Below are positions 55,527 to 64,000 of a stretch of DNA of 64,000 nt, piece by piece. The stretch comes from an uncultured Gammaproteobacteria bacterium. Its GTDB lineage: Bacteria > Pseudomonadota > Gammaproteobacteria > JACCXJ01. The notes under the pieces are model-generated. The model was not told the DNA's origin. It saw nothing but the letters and a program-made list of their open reading frames with translations, and did not search any database. The stretch lies in assembly GCA_963764725.1 (NCBI GenBank), contig CAVXTM010000009.1:1-64000 (forward strand), given 5' to 3'. Both the position numbers and the translations under genes were made by a program. The stretch's first letter is position 1, and each line of letters starts with the position of its first letter.

Positions 55527-56386
55527 GTAGCATGACGGCGTTTTCGCGCCAGGCGGGGCAGGGGGAATGGGCCGACACCATCTGGGAATTGCGCTCGGTC
55601 AATCATCGTTACCTGGAGATCTCCGTGCGTCTTCCGGAGGAGTTACGCGCTCTCGAAGGGCGTGTGCGCGAGCTAGTCGGGAGCCGTATCCAGCGCGGAA
55701 AGATAGACTGTGTGTTACGGTACAGTCCGTCCGAAAACACCTCGGTGGCGCCGGTGCTGCGGTTGGAGCTGGTGCGACAATTGATCGAGGCCTGCGAGCG
55801 AGTCAACGCGTTAATCGATCGGCCTGCTCCCGTCAGCGCGGTTGAGCTGTTGCGCTGGCCAGGGGTGGTGGCGCTGGCGCCGCCCGATGTGGAGGCGATC
55901 GGCGAGCCGTTGTTGCGGATCCTGGACACGGCGCTCAGTGGGCTCGTCGAGGCTCGGCGGCGCGAAGGGGGACGGTTGCGGAGCGTCATCGAAGAACGCT
56001 GCGCGGCCGCCGCCGCGCGGCTCGCATGGCTGCGGGAGCGGGTGCCGGAGATCATGAGCGCGCTCAAGGATCGGTTAATGAACAGGGTGCCGGAGCTCGC
56101 GAGCGGTATGGAACCCGGGCGCCTGGAGCAGGAGATGATGTTGCTCGCGCAGCGGCTGGATGTCGCGGAGGAGTTGGACCGGCTCGAGATCCATTTGGAT
56201 GAGGTTAGAAGCTTGTTCGGAACCGCGTCGCCCATCGGCCGGCGCTTGGATTTTCTGTTGCAGGAGATGAACCGCGAGGCCAATACCATCGCCTCGAAAT
56301 CGGCGCACGCCGAGACAACGTCGAGCGCGGTCGACCTGAAAGTGCTCATCGAGCAGATGCGAGAGCAGGTGCAGAATATTGAATGA
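55520..56386 (+). CDS. yicC: YicC-family endoribonuclease
   Basis: [53 protein letters not shown]. Confidence 0.95.
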   Translation: MVSSMTAFSRQAGQGEWADTIWELRSVNHRYLEISVRLPEELRALEGRVRELVGSRIQRGKIDCVLRYSPSENTSVAPVLRLELVRQLIEACERVNALIDRPAPVSAVELLRWPGVVALAPPDVEAIGEPLLRILDTALSGLVEARRREGGRLRSVIEERCAAAAARLAWLRERVPEIMSALKDRLMNRVPELASGMEPGRLEQEMMLLAQRLDVAEELDRLEIHLDEVRSLFGTASPIGRRLDFLLQEMNREANTIASKSAHAETTSSAVDLKVLIEQMREQVQNIE

Positions 56387-57020
56387 TCGACCCGCGGCGT
56401 GCGGTCTGCTGTATGTCGTCTCGGCCCCTTCGGGCGCCGGCAAGACGAGCCTGGTCAGCGCCTTGACCGCGGCGCAGTCCGGCGTCTCCCTGTCGATCTC
56501 CTTTACTACGCGGCCGATGCGCCCGGGAGAGCGCGAGGGCGTGGATTACCATTTTGTCGGAGAGGCGAGGTTCGAAGCAATGGTTGCTCAGTCGGCGTTC
56601 ATGGAATACGCCCAAGTGTTCGGCCACTACTACGGAACCTCGCGGGAATGGGTGGAGTCGCACTTGACGAACGGGATAGATGTCGTGTTGGAGATCGATT
56701 GGCAAGGCGCGCGGCAGGTACGCAAGGCATGGCCGCAATCGATGGGGATCTTTATCCTTCCCCCGTCCTACCAAGATTTGGAACATCGGCTTAAAACCCG
56801 CGGCAGGGATGACGAGGCGGTCATTCGGTGCCGGATGCTGGCGGCCGTGACAGAGATGTCGCATTATTCCGAATACGACTATCTGCTCGTCAATGACGAC
56901 TTCGACCGCGCGCTTGGCGATCTGCGCGCGATCCTGCGCGCCGGCCGTCTTGGCAGCGGACGCCAACGCGCCGCGCTGGACTCGCTGGTGCGGGATTTAT
57001 TGGAGCCCAAGATTACGTAA
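56379..57020 (+). CDS. gmk: Guanylate kinase
   Basis: [34 protein letters not shown]. Confidence 0.96.
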   Translation: MNDRPAACGLLYVVSAPSGAGKTSLVSALTAAQSGVSLSISFTTRPMRPGEREGVDYHFVGEARFEAMVAQSAFMEYAQVFGHYYGTSREWVESHLTNGIDVVLEIDWQGARQVRKAWPQSMGIFILPPSYQDLEHRLKTRGRDDEAVIRCRMLAAVTEMSHYSEYDYLLVNDDFDRALGDLRAILRAGRLGSGRQRAALDSLVRDLLEPKIT

Positions 57021-57042
57021 GCTTAAATCAGAGGAAACAACT

Positions 57043-57300
57043 ATGGCGCGAATCACCGTGGAAGATTGTCTTCCTTATGCTAATAATCGCTTTGATCTCG
57101 TGATACTGGCAAGTAAGCGTGCCCGCCAGCTCGCAATGGGTTCGCAACCGTTGGTGGCCCCGGCGAATGATAAACCGGCAGTCATTGCGCTGCGCGAGAT
57201 CGCCGAGGGCTTGATTACTCGGGATACCTTGGCTGCCATCGAAGCCAAGGAGAAGGGAGAGGACATTTTCTATCCGCTTCCCGATTCGACTAAAGCGTGA
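57043..57300 (+). CDS. rpoZ: RNA polymerase omega subunit
   Basis: [30 protein letters not shown]. Confidence 0.97.
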   Translation: MARITVEDCLPYANNRFDLVILASKRARQLAMGSQPLVAPANDKPAVIALREIAEGLITRDTLAAIEAKEKGEDIFYPLPDSTKA

Positions 57301-59543
57301 CTGGCGTCGGGTCCCGGCGCGGGGGCTTGCTAGCAAGCAGCATCAACATGAAGATTTGGCCGTTTCTTCCTCTGGCTTCAACCCGAGCAGCGAAGGAATC
57401 GTCCGTGCCTTCAGCCTCGGCGCTACGTCAAATCGATGAGGTGTGCCTGCTTGCCCGCGAATACCTGAAGCCCGCTCAAGTAGCGGCGCTGCGGCGCGCC
57501 TACGAGTTCGGGGCTCGGGCGCATGAAGGTCAGCGGCGAATGAGCGGGGAGCCGTACATCGAGCATCCCCTCGCCGTCGCGCGCATCCTGCTCGGGATGC
57601 GGATGGATTATGAAACACTGGCCGCCGCCATCCTGCACGATGTGATCGAGGATACGGCCACGGAAAAGCAGCAGATCAGCCACGAGTTCGGTGACGAGGT
57701 GGCGAAGCTCGTCGACGGTGTTAGCAAGCTCACGCAAATGGAATTCGAGACTTACGCCGAGGCGCAAGCGGAGAACTTCCGCAAGATGTTGTTGGCGATG
57801 ACCCATGATATCCGGGTCATCCTGGTGAAACTGGCGGACCGGCTTCACAACATGCGCACGCTCGGCGCGTTACCACAGGAAAAACGCCGGTTGGTAGCGC
57901 GCGAGACCCTGGACATCTACGCCCCCATCGCGCAACGGCTTGGCATCAACGCGCTGCGCCGCGAGCTCGAGGACCTCGGATTCGCGGCCCTGTTCCCGAA
58001 CCGCCACCGGATCCTGTCGAAAGCCATCAAGCAATCCCGGGGGAATCGCAAGGAACTGATGTTGCAGATCAAAAATTCCATCGAGCGGCGCCTAAGGCAG
58101 GAAGACCTCCCCGCGGAAGTCGCCGGACGTGAAAAGCACATCTACAGCATCTATAAAAAGATGCACGGCAAGCGCCTACCGTTCTCGGAAGTCTTCGATG
58201 TCTATGCCTGCCGCGTGATCGTCGACACCGTGGACGCCGCGTATCGCGTGCTCGGTGTCGTGCATCACCTGTTCAAACCAGTGCCTGGACGCTTCAAGGA
58301 CTATATCGCGATACCCAAGGCCAACGGTTATCAATCGCTGCATACAATCTTATTCGGGCCGCATGGGGTCCCGATCGAGGTGCAGATCCGCACCAAGGAG
58401 ATGGACGCCGTGGCCGAGCACGGAATTGCGGCGCATTGGCTTTATAAAACTGGCGACAGCGCCAGCAATACCGCACAAAAACGCGCGCGGGAATGGTTGC
58501 GCACCATCCTCGAGATCCAGAGCCAAGCCGGGAATTCCGAAGAATTCTTGGAAAATGTAAAGATCGACCTTTTCCCGGACGAGATTTACGTATTCACGCC
58601 CAAAGGTGACATTCTGAAGTTGCCGCGGGGCGCCACGGCAGTCGATCTCGCCTACGCCGTGCACACCGACATCGGGAACCGGTGCGTGGCGGCGCGCATC
58701 GATCGGCGCTTGGTGCCGTTGCGCACGGCATTGAGCAACGGCCAGACCGTGGAGATCATCACCGCCCCCGGCGCCTGTCCGAGCCCGGCTTGGCTCAACT
58801 TCGTCATTACGGCCAAGGCGCGGGCGAATATCCGCCATTTTCTTAAGAACCTGCAGCGCGATGAGGCGCGGGGTCTCGGTCAGCGGATGCTGAATCGCGA
58901 GTTGCAACAACTTGGATTCGATCTCAATGCTCTACCGCGCGAACGTTTGGATGCCGCCCTCAAAGAATGCAAGATCGAGAGCCTCGATGCGATGCTGGAG
59001 GAGATCGGCCTCGGCAAGCGTATGGCGCCCATCGTCGCGCGCTATCTCATCCCGGTCACTGCCGAAGACAGCGCGCGCAATGCCCCGGCGGCGCACGCCG
59101 GGCCGCTCGCCATTAAGGGCACCGAAGGCATGGTGGTCTCGTTTCCGAAATGCTGTTATCCCATTCCGGGAGATTCCGTCCTCGGTTATGTGTCCGCCGG
59201 GCGGGGGATCGTGATCCACCGGCAATCGTGCAAGAATCTTGCTGAATACCGGAATCATCCGGAGAAATGGATCGATGTGGAATGGGGTTCGGACGTGAAG
59301 GGCGAGTTTCCGGCGGCGATCCGTCTGGAGGCGACCAACGAGCGCGGGGCGCTCGCGACGATCGCCGCCGCGATAGCAGCAGAAGGCGCCAATATCGAGT
59401 TTGTGGGGATGAACGAACGCGAGGATCGGATCGCCGCGCTGACCCTGACCGTCGAGGTGCGCGATCGCCTGCACCTGGCCCGGGTCATGAGGGCTGTCCG
59501 GCGCCTGCAACCGGTGACGCGCGTGATCCGGATGCGTACGTAG
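57297..59543 (+). CDS. spoT: Bifunctional (p)ppGpp synthetase/hydrolase (true start may be slightly downstream)
   Basis: [41 protein letters not shown] and ACT domains; follows rpoZ. Confidence 0.95.
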   Translation: MTGVGSRRGGLLASSINMKIWPFLPLASTRAAKESSVPSASALRQIDEVCLLAREYLKPAQVAALRRAYEFGARAHEGQRRMSGEPYIEHPLAVARILLGMRMDYETLAAAILHDVIEDTATEKQQISHEFGDEVAKLVDGVSKLTQMEFETYAEAQAENFRKMLLAMTHDIRVILVKLADRLHNMRTLGALPQEKRRLVARETLDIYAPIAQRLGINALRRELEDLGFAALFPNRHRILSKAIKQSRGNRKELMLQIKNSIERRLRQEDLPAEVAGREKHIYSIYKKMHGKRLPFSEVFDVYACRVIVDTVDAAYRVLGVVHHLFKPVPGRFKDYIAIPKANGYQSLHTILFGPHGVPIEVQIRTKEMDAVAEHGIAAHWLYKTGDSASNTAQKRAREWLRTILEIQSQAGNSEEFLENVKIDLFPDEIYVFTPKGDILKLPRGATAVDLAYAVHTDIGNRCVAARIDRRLVPLRTALSNGQTVEIITAPGACPSPAWLNFVITAKARANIRHFLKNLQRDEARGLGQRMLNRELQQLGFDLNALPRERLDAALKECKIESLDAMLEEIGLGKRMAPIVARYLIPVTAEDSARNAPAAHAGPLAIKGTEGMVVSFPKCCYPIPGDSVLGYVSAGRGIVIHRQSCKNLAEYRNHPEKWIDVEWGSDVKGEFPAAIRLEATNERGALATIAAAIAAEGANIEFVGMNEREDRIAALTLTVEVRDRLHLARVMRAVRRLQPVTRVIRMRT

Positions 59544-59572
59544 CCGGGAATATTTAAATCATAAGACAAAAC

Positions 59573-59980
59573 ATGGCACGTACTATTGTTTCCACCGACC
59601 AAGCGCCCCAAGCGATCGGTACCTACTCGCAAGCGGTACGCACGGCACAAACGGTCTATCTATCCGGTCAGATCCCGCTCGATCCCGCTAGCATGGAGCT
59701 TGTCGAGGGGGAGATGCGGTCTCAGGTCGTGCGCGTGTTCCAAAACCTCCAAGCTGTGGCCGAAGCCGCGGGCGGAACACTCGCGGATGTCGTTAAGCTG
59801 AATGTCTACCTCACCGACTTAAGCCATTTCCCGCTCGTCAACGAGGTCATGGCGAGTTATTTCCATGAACCGTACCCGGCAAGGGCGGTCGTGGGCGTCG
59901 CCGCGTTACCTCGGGCGGCACCGATCGAGATCGACGCGATCATGGATCTATGTTCGTCTTCGATGGGCCCCGAACGCTAG
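59573..59980 (+). CDS. ridA: RidA-family reactive intermediate deaminase
   Basis: [30 protein letters not shown]. Confidence 0.92.
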   Translation: MARTIVSTDQAPQAIGTYSQAVRTAQTVYLSGQIPLDPASMELVEGEMRSQVVRVFQNLQAVAEAAGGTLADVVKLNVYLTDLSHFPLVNEVMASYFHEPYPARAVVGVAALPRAAPIEIDAIMDLCSSSMGPER

Positions 59981-60885
59981 TTTCCAAGTGGCTGCGGAGG
60001 GTCACCACGCACCCGCGCTGGCCGCTCGTCAAGGATCGGTCGCTGCAATACGCGCGTCTCATGCGTCTCGATAAGCCCATCGGGATTTTATTGCTCTTGT
60101 GGCCGACGCTTTGGGCGCTTTGGATCGCCGCTCACGCCCGTCCTGATCCCGGAGTTCTCGTGGTGTTCGTGCTCGGTGTGATCCTAATGCGCTCGGCGGG
60201 ATGCGTGATCAACGACTACGCTGACCGGGGTTTCGATGCGCGGGTCGAGCGCACGCGTAACCGGCCCTTGGTAACCGGAGCGGTCAGCCCCAGGGAGGCC
60301 ATTGCGCTATTTTTCGGCTTGCTCTTGATGGCCTTCCTGCTGGTCATGCTGATGAATGCCTTGACCGTGATCCTGGCCTTCGTCGGCGCGCTGCTCGCGG
60401 CGACCTACCCCGTTGCCAAACGCTACACCTATCTTCCTCAGGTGCATCTCGGCCTCGCCTTCGGTTGGGCCGTGCCGATGGCGTTCGCAGCGCAGACGGG
60501 GAGCGTGCCCAAGGTCGGCTGGCTGCTCTTGATCGCGAGCCTGCTCTGGTCGGTGGCTTATGACACGATGTACGCGATGGTCGACCGCGAAGACGATCTC
60601 CGCATCGGCGTTAAATCCACCGCTATCCTACTCGCCGAGGCTGATCGCTTGATCATCGGCTTGATCCAGGGACTCATGCTGATCACGCTGTTGGTCGTCG
60701 GCAAGGAGGCGGGCCTGGGATGGGTCTATCACATGGGGCTCGCGGTGGGGGGAGGGTTGGCGGTGTACCAGCAATACCTGATTCGAAATCGCGACCGGAG
60801 CGGATGTTTTAAGGCGTTCATCAACAACGGGTGGTACGGGGGCGTGATTTTCTTGGGGATCGCCGGGGATTATTGGGTTCGCTGA
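59950..60885 (+). CDS. ubiA: 4-hydroxybenzoate polyprenyltransferase (start uncertain)
   Basis: [47 protein letters not shown]. Confidence 0.95.
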   Translation: MFVFDGPRTLVSKWLRRVTTHPRWPLVKDRSLQYARLMRLDKPIGILLLLWPTLWALWIAAHARPDPGVLVVFVLGVILMRSAGCVINDYADRGFDARVERTRNRPLVTGAVSPREAIALFFGLLLMAFLLVMLMNALTVILAFVGALLAATYPVAKRYTYLPQVHLGLAFGWAVPMAFAAQTGSVPKVGWLLLIASLLWSVAYDTMYAMVDREDDLRIGVKSTAILLAEADRLIIGLIQGLMLITLLVVGKEAGLGWVYHMGLAVGGGLAVYQQYLIRNRDRSGCFKAFINNGWYGGVIFLGIAGDYWVR

Positions 60886-60987
60886 AAGCCACCGATTTAT
60901 TTCGTCATGCCATCCGTCTAGCGGCTCGGCCTGCATGACGGTACCATTAGCGAGGCGCGATTTGCCCCTCAAGGCCTCGAAACCTTC

Positions 60988-61356
60988 GTGCAGAGCTATC
61001 TCGGGGTTGTCAATCGCTGTAAGCCGGCAGCGACCTTAGGATTTTACGCGGACGCGGTGGATTATTTCGGGGCGGGGATCGTTACGAAGGACTTCATTTT
61101 TCAAGACAAGGATCGGTACTGCCGCCGCTGGGAAGAGGTTCGCTCCGAGCTTCTCGGGCCGATAGCCGTTGCGGACACGGGGGCCGAGAACGAAAAGCGA
61201 CTTACATTCAAGATCCGGTTCTTCGGGCGCAGCCCGGCGCGAGGAGCGATGGTGTCGGGAACCGCGACTAACACCTTGGTCGTGCGCGCGATCGATGGCG
61301 AGCTCAAGATCATCGATGAAAAGCAGAGGGTCACCAACCGCAAGCAATTGCCATGA
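60988..61356 (+). CDS. NTF2/SnoaL-like hypothetical protein (possibly 5'-incomplete)
   Basis: FYADAVDYFG..DK..Y..RW, DGELKIIDE pattern; overlaps the amidase start. Confidence 0.5.
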   Translation: MQSYLGVVNRCKPAATLGFYADAVDYFGAGIVTKDFIFQDKDRYCRRWEEVRSELLGPIAVADTGAENEKRLTFKIRFFGRSPARGAMVSGTATNTLVVRAIDGELKIIDEKQRVTNRKQLP

Positions 61357-62171
61357 GACCTCGACGATGGCTCTGGCTCCTAGTCCCACTTGCCCAATTC
61401 ACCTCGTATTCCCATGCGGACTGCGACAAGAAAGAATTCGCAATCGCGATCGATGTGGGGCACACGTTGCACAACCCAGGGGCTCTCAGTGCCCGAGGTG
61501 TGGCCGAGTTCTACTTCAATCGAACCTTGGCGGTGCGCTTACATGGGGAGCTTCTGGAGCGCGGCTTCACACGGGCGTTTCTCATCAATGAACGGGGTGC
61601 AGAAATTGCGCTCAGGGATCGGACAGGCATCGCGGCAACCCGCGGTGCGGACGTATTTCTGTCCATCCACCATGACTCCGTGCAGCCCCATTATCTGGCC
61701 GCCTGGACCTACGATGAGACGGAACGCCGATATAGCGATCGGTTCGCCGGCTATTCGCTTTTCGTTTCAAACAAAAACGAAGCGAGGGCACAGAGCGTAG
61801 CATTGGCGCGCTCAATCGGGGCGGAGTTTCGCCGCAACTTCTTTACCCCGACGCTCCATCATGCGGAGAAGATCAAAGGCGAAAATCGCCCGCTTCTGGA
61901 TGAATACCTGGGTATCTACCGCTTCGATGAACTGGTGGTACTAAAGACCGCGAAGATGCCCGCGGTCCTGGTGGAAAATGGAGTCATCGCGAATCGGGAC
62001 GAGGAGATCCTGCTGCGGGACCCGGTGTACCAGCGCATGCTCGTTTTGTCCCTTGCACAAGGCCTGGAGACCTATTGCCAACGCCACCACCGCGGCCATA
62101 GGGCCAGGCTCAACGATGGCCCGCGGCAAAAAGATGAAGCCGGATCAAAATCCGCGACTGTCGATGACTAA
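61353..62171 (+). CDS. N-acetylmuramoyl-L-alanine amidase (Amidase_3)
   Basis: IDVGH, E..FN, FLSIHHDS, MPAVLVENG; signal peptide. Confidence 0.88.
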   Translation: MRPRRWLWLLVPLAQFTSYSHADCDKKEFAIAIDVGHTLHNPGALSARGVAEFYFNRTLAVRLHGELLERGFTRAFLINERGAEIALRDRTGIAATRGADVFLSIHHDSVQPHYLAAWTYDETERRYSDRFAGYSLFVSNKNEARAQSVALARSIGAEFRRNFFTPTLHHAEKIKGENRPLLDEYLGIYRFDELVVLKTAKMPAVLVENGVIANRDEEILLRDPVYQRMLVLSLAQGLETYCQRHHRGHRARLNDGPRQKDEAGSKSATVDD

Positions 62172-62253
62172 CAGGTCGCGTCGCCGGGGTGCTTAAGCAT
62201 CTAAGCCCGGCTCACGTGCTACCGAATTCGATCGATCTCGCCGCCTGGCCGCA

Positions 62254-62835
62254 TCAGGGCGGGGTCAAGAAGTTTCGGAGCAGATCGTGGCCATGATGGG
62301 TCATGATTGACTCGGGATGAAACTGCACGCCGAGCAGCGGGTGTTCGCGATGCCGAATCCCCATGATCTCGTCCCTTCCCCCGCCGGGGATTTCCGTCCA
62401 CGCGGTGATCTCCAAGCAGTCCGGCAAGCTGTCCTTGGCGATGACCAGCGAATGGTAGCGGGTCGCTTGAAACGGATTCTCCAGGCCTTGGAATAGGCCG
62501 GTGCTGCGATGCCGGATCAGCGATGTCTTGCCATGCATGATCTCGCGCGCATGCACGATTCGGCCTCCGAAGGCTTGCCCCATCGCTTGGTGACCGAGAC
62601 AGACGCCTAAGATGGGGACCTTAGCGCAGAAGTAGGTGATCACGTCGATGGAGATGCCGGCTTCGTTCGGTGTGCCCGGTCCCGGTGATATCACGATATG
62701 ATCCGGCGCCAGCGCCTCGATTTCCTGGATGCTGATTTGGTCGTTGCGGAATACCCGCACCTCCGCCCCCAGCTCGCCTAGGTATTGCACTAGGTTGTAG
62801 GTGAACGAATCGTAATTGTCGATCATCAGAAGCAT
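62254..62835 (-). CDS. trpG: Anthranilate/aminodeoxychorismate synthase component II (TrpG/PabA)
   Basis: [34 protein letters not shown]. Confidence 0.93.
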   Translation of the reverse strand: MLLMIDNYDSFTYNLVQYLGELGAEVRVFRNDQISIQEIEALAPDHIVISPGPGTPNEAGISIDVITYFCAKVPILGVCLGHQAMGQAFGGRIVHAREIMHGKTSLIRHRSTGLFQGLENPFQATRYHSLVIAKDSLPDCLEITAWTEIPGGGRDEIMGIRHREHPLLGVQFHPESIMTHHGHDLLRNFLTPP

Positions 62836-63589
62836 ATAGGCCGTATTCTAGTGCATTAATTAACAATACTTAAATTTATGTGTAGCGAAACGCTCACGGG
62901 TACCACTTTTTTGCATCCTATCTCGTTCTCTGACTGGAAACCGGATCAGCACTCGTGACATTTTCGCCTAGTTTTGTGACCTGGCGAAACCCTCGGATCT
63001 GGCGCGACGAGTCGCCGAGCGAAATCCGGCAGCTCTTCGCGAAGATGGGCTGGGAAGATAACCAAACCGATATCGATCCCAGCTATATTGCCATGAGCGC
63101 GAATGTCCACCAGCACCGCAGCCGCCGATGAATTCGGCGAAAAACTTCCGAAGCCTTTGCAAAACTATCTCTCTGCTCTGCCGGCTCCGCGAATGGGCCG
63201 CCATCCCGAATGCTTAGAAGGCAAGGGCCAGTGGACGCCCAAGCAGCTTGAAGACTCCTTCGGTTCTTTGGTTAACCGAGACCAAACCCGGCGGACTGAT
63301 GCCAGAAGTTTTTGCCGCCGAGCTCGCCAAAGGACAGTGTATGCTTATCTTGGATGGGGTCAACGAAGTCCCCGAAACGAGCGGCCCGCACTTCCCCCGG
63401 CGGAACTTACTAAGCGGCTTAGCCGACGCCCTACCCGAGTGGACCAAGCGCCGATTTCGGCGACCATTCGGCTTAGTGTTCATACTGGCCGTCGCTAAAC
63501 CAGCGCCAGATGTGCAAGGCTTAAATACAAGTGCAGCTCGGTCAACGGGGGGCTTCCGACGACACCTGCTCGGCAAATACCTACTTTAA

Positions 63590-63614
63590 AAACGGCGCGC
63601 TGCGCGCGCCGTTT
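63590..63614 (-). other. Perfect 11-bp stem / GCA-loop hairpin downstream of the FGE gene (DGR-type cruciform or terminator)
   Basis: AAACGGCGCGC-GCA-GCGCGCCGTTT on the minus strand. Confidence 0.7.
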
Positions 63615-63629
63615 ACCGAGATCAGCAAT

Positions 63630-64000
63630 TCAGAGAGCAGTGTTTCTGGAGATGGGGAGACCACAACAGACCCGAAAACCGTACTCGTAGGAAACGAGGT
63701 CGGGAAGGCCCCAGAGGCGGTAGGCGCAGCGGGAGTAGCCACGATTGTAGTACCAAGACCCGCCACGCAACACCCGCGTGTCGCCACCTTCTGGGTGGGT
63801 ATCATTCGGGTTATCGTATTTGTTCAAACACCACTCCCAAACATTGCCGGCCATATCCAGCGCATCGCAGGGGTTCGCTCCGCGCAGATAAATGCCAACG
63901 GCAGTGGTACGATTCAAACGGCTTTCAACAGTGTTACATCGTGTGGAATCGAAATCGCTGGGCCACGGGTATTCGCGGCCCGGTTCTCCGCCCGTAGCCG
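63630..64000 (-). CDS. 3' end of an FGE-sulfatase (SUMF1/CLec-fold) domain protein; open at the window edge
   Basis: YPW, DMAGNVWEW, RVLRGGSW, GFRV. Confidence 0.9.
   Translation of the reverse strand, partial: ATGGEPGREYPWPSDFDSTRCNTVESRLNRTTAVGIYLRGANPCDALDMAGNVWEWCLNKYDNPNDTHPEGGDTRVLRGGSWYYNRGYSRCAYRLWGLPDLVSYEYGFRVCCGLPISRNTAL

Overview
This is a gammaproteobacterial chromosomal window with two halves. Positions 1-~41.9 kb are accessory DNA, apparently tandem islands bounded by two copies of the 3' half of a tRNA-Lys(CTT) gene (26530-26576, 38774-38820). They contain: (a) a decayed integron (intI remnant, two attI-like sites, attC sites, and a cassette split by IS256/IS630); (b) a tyrosine-recombinase + IS91-like element inserted in an attC; (c) a truncated group IIC-attC intron; (d) ISKra4-like, IS630 and IS4 elements; (e) SRAP and two thermonucleases; (f) a frameshifted, GC-rich SNF2/DUF3883 helicase; (g) a SPARTA (TIR-APAZ + short pAgo) operon and HigBA; (h) a large repeat-containing pseudokinase and a TIR-multi-TM protein. 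Positions ~41.9-62.8 kb are core genes (gshA, acnA, mnmA, prc, hemW, rdgB, rph, yicC, gmk, rpoZ, spoT, ridA, ubiA, amidase, trpG/pabA). The window ends in an FGE/CLec gene with DGR-target hallmarks. The two most novel-looking signals are (i) a 1.68-kb element without inverted repeats, flanked by CTAA, encoding a Rep_trans-like (YDK/RxE) + wHTH protein and precisely splitting a host gene, and (ii) a 43-bp hairpin element inserted in-frame into two unrelated mobile-element genes. Many single-base frameshifts in short homopolymers suggest consensus errors, so some pseudogene calls may be artefacts. All family assignments come from motif recognition, not database searches.
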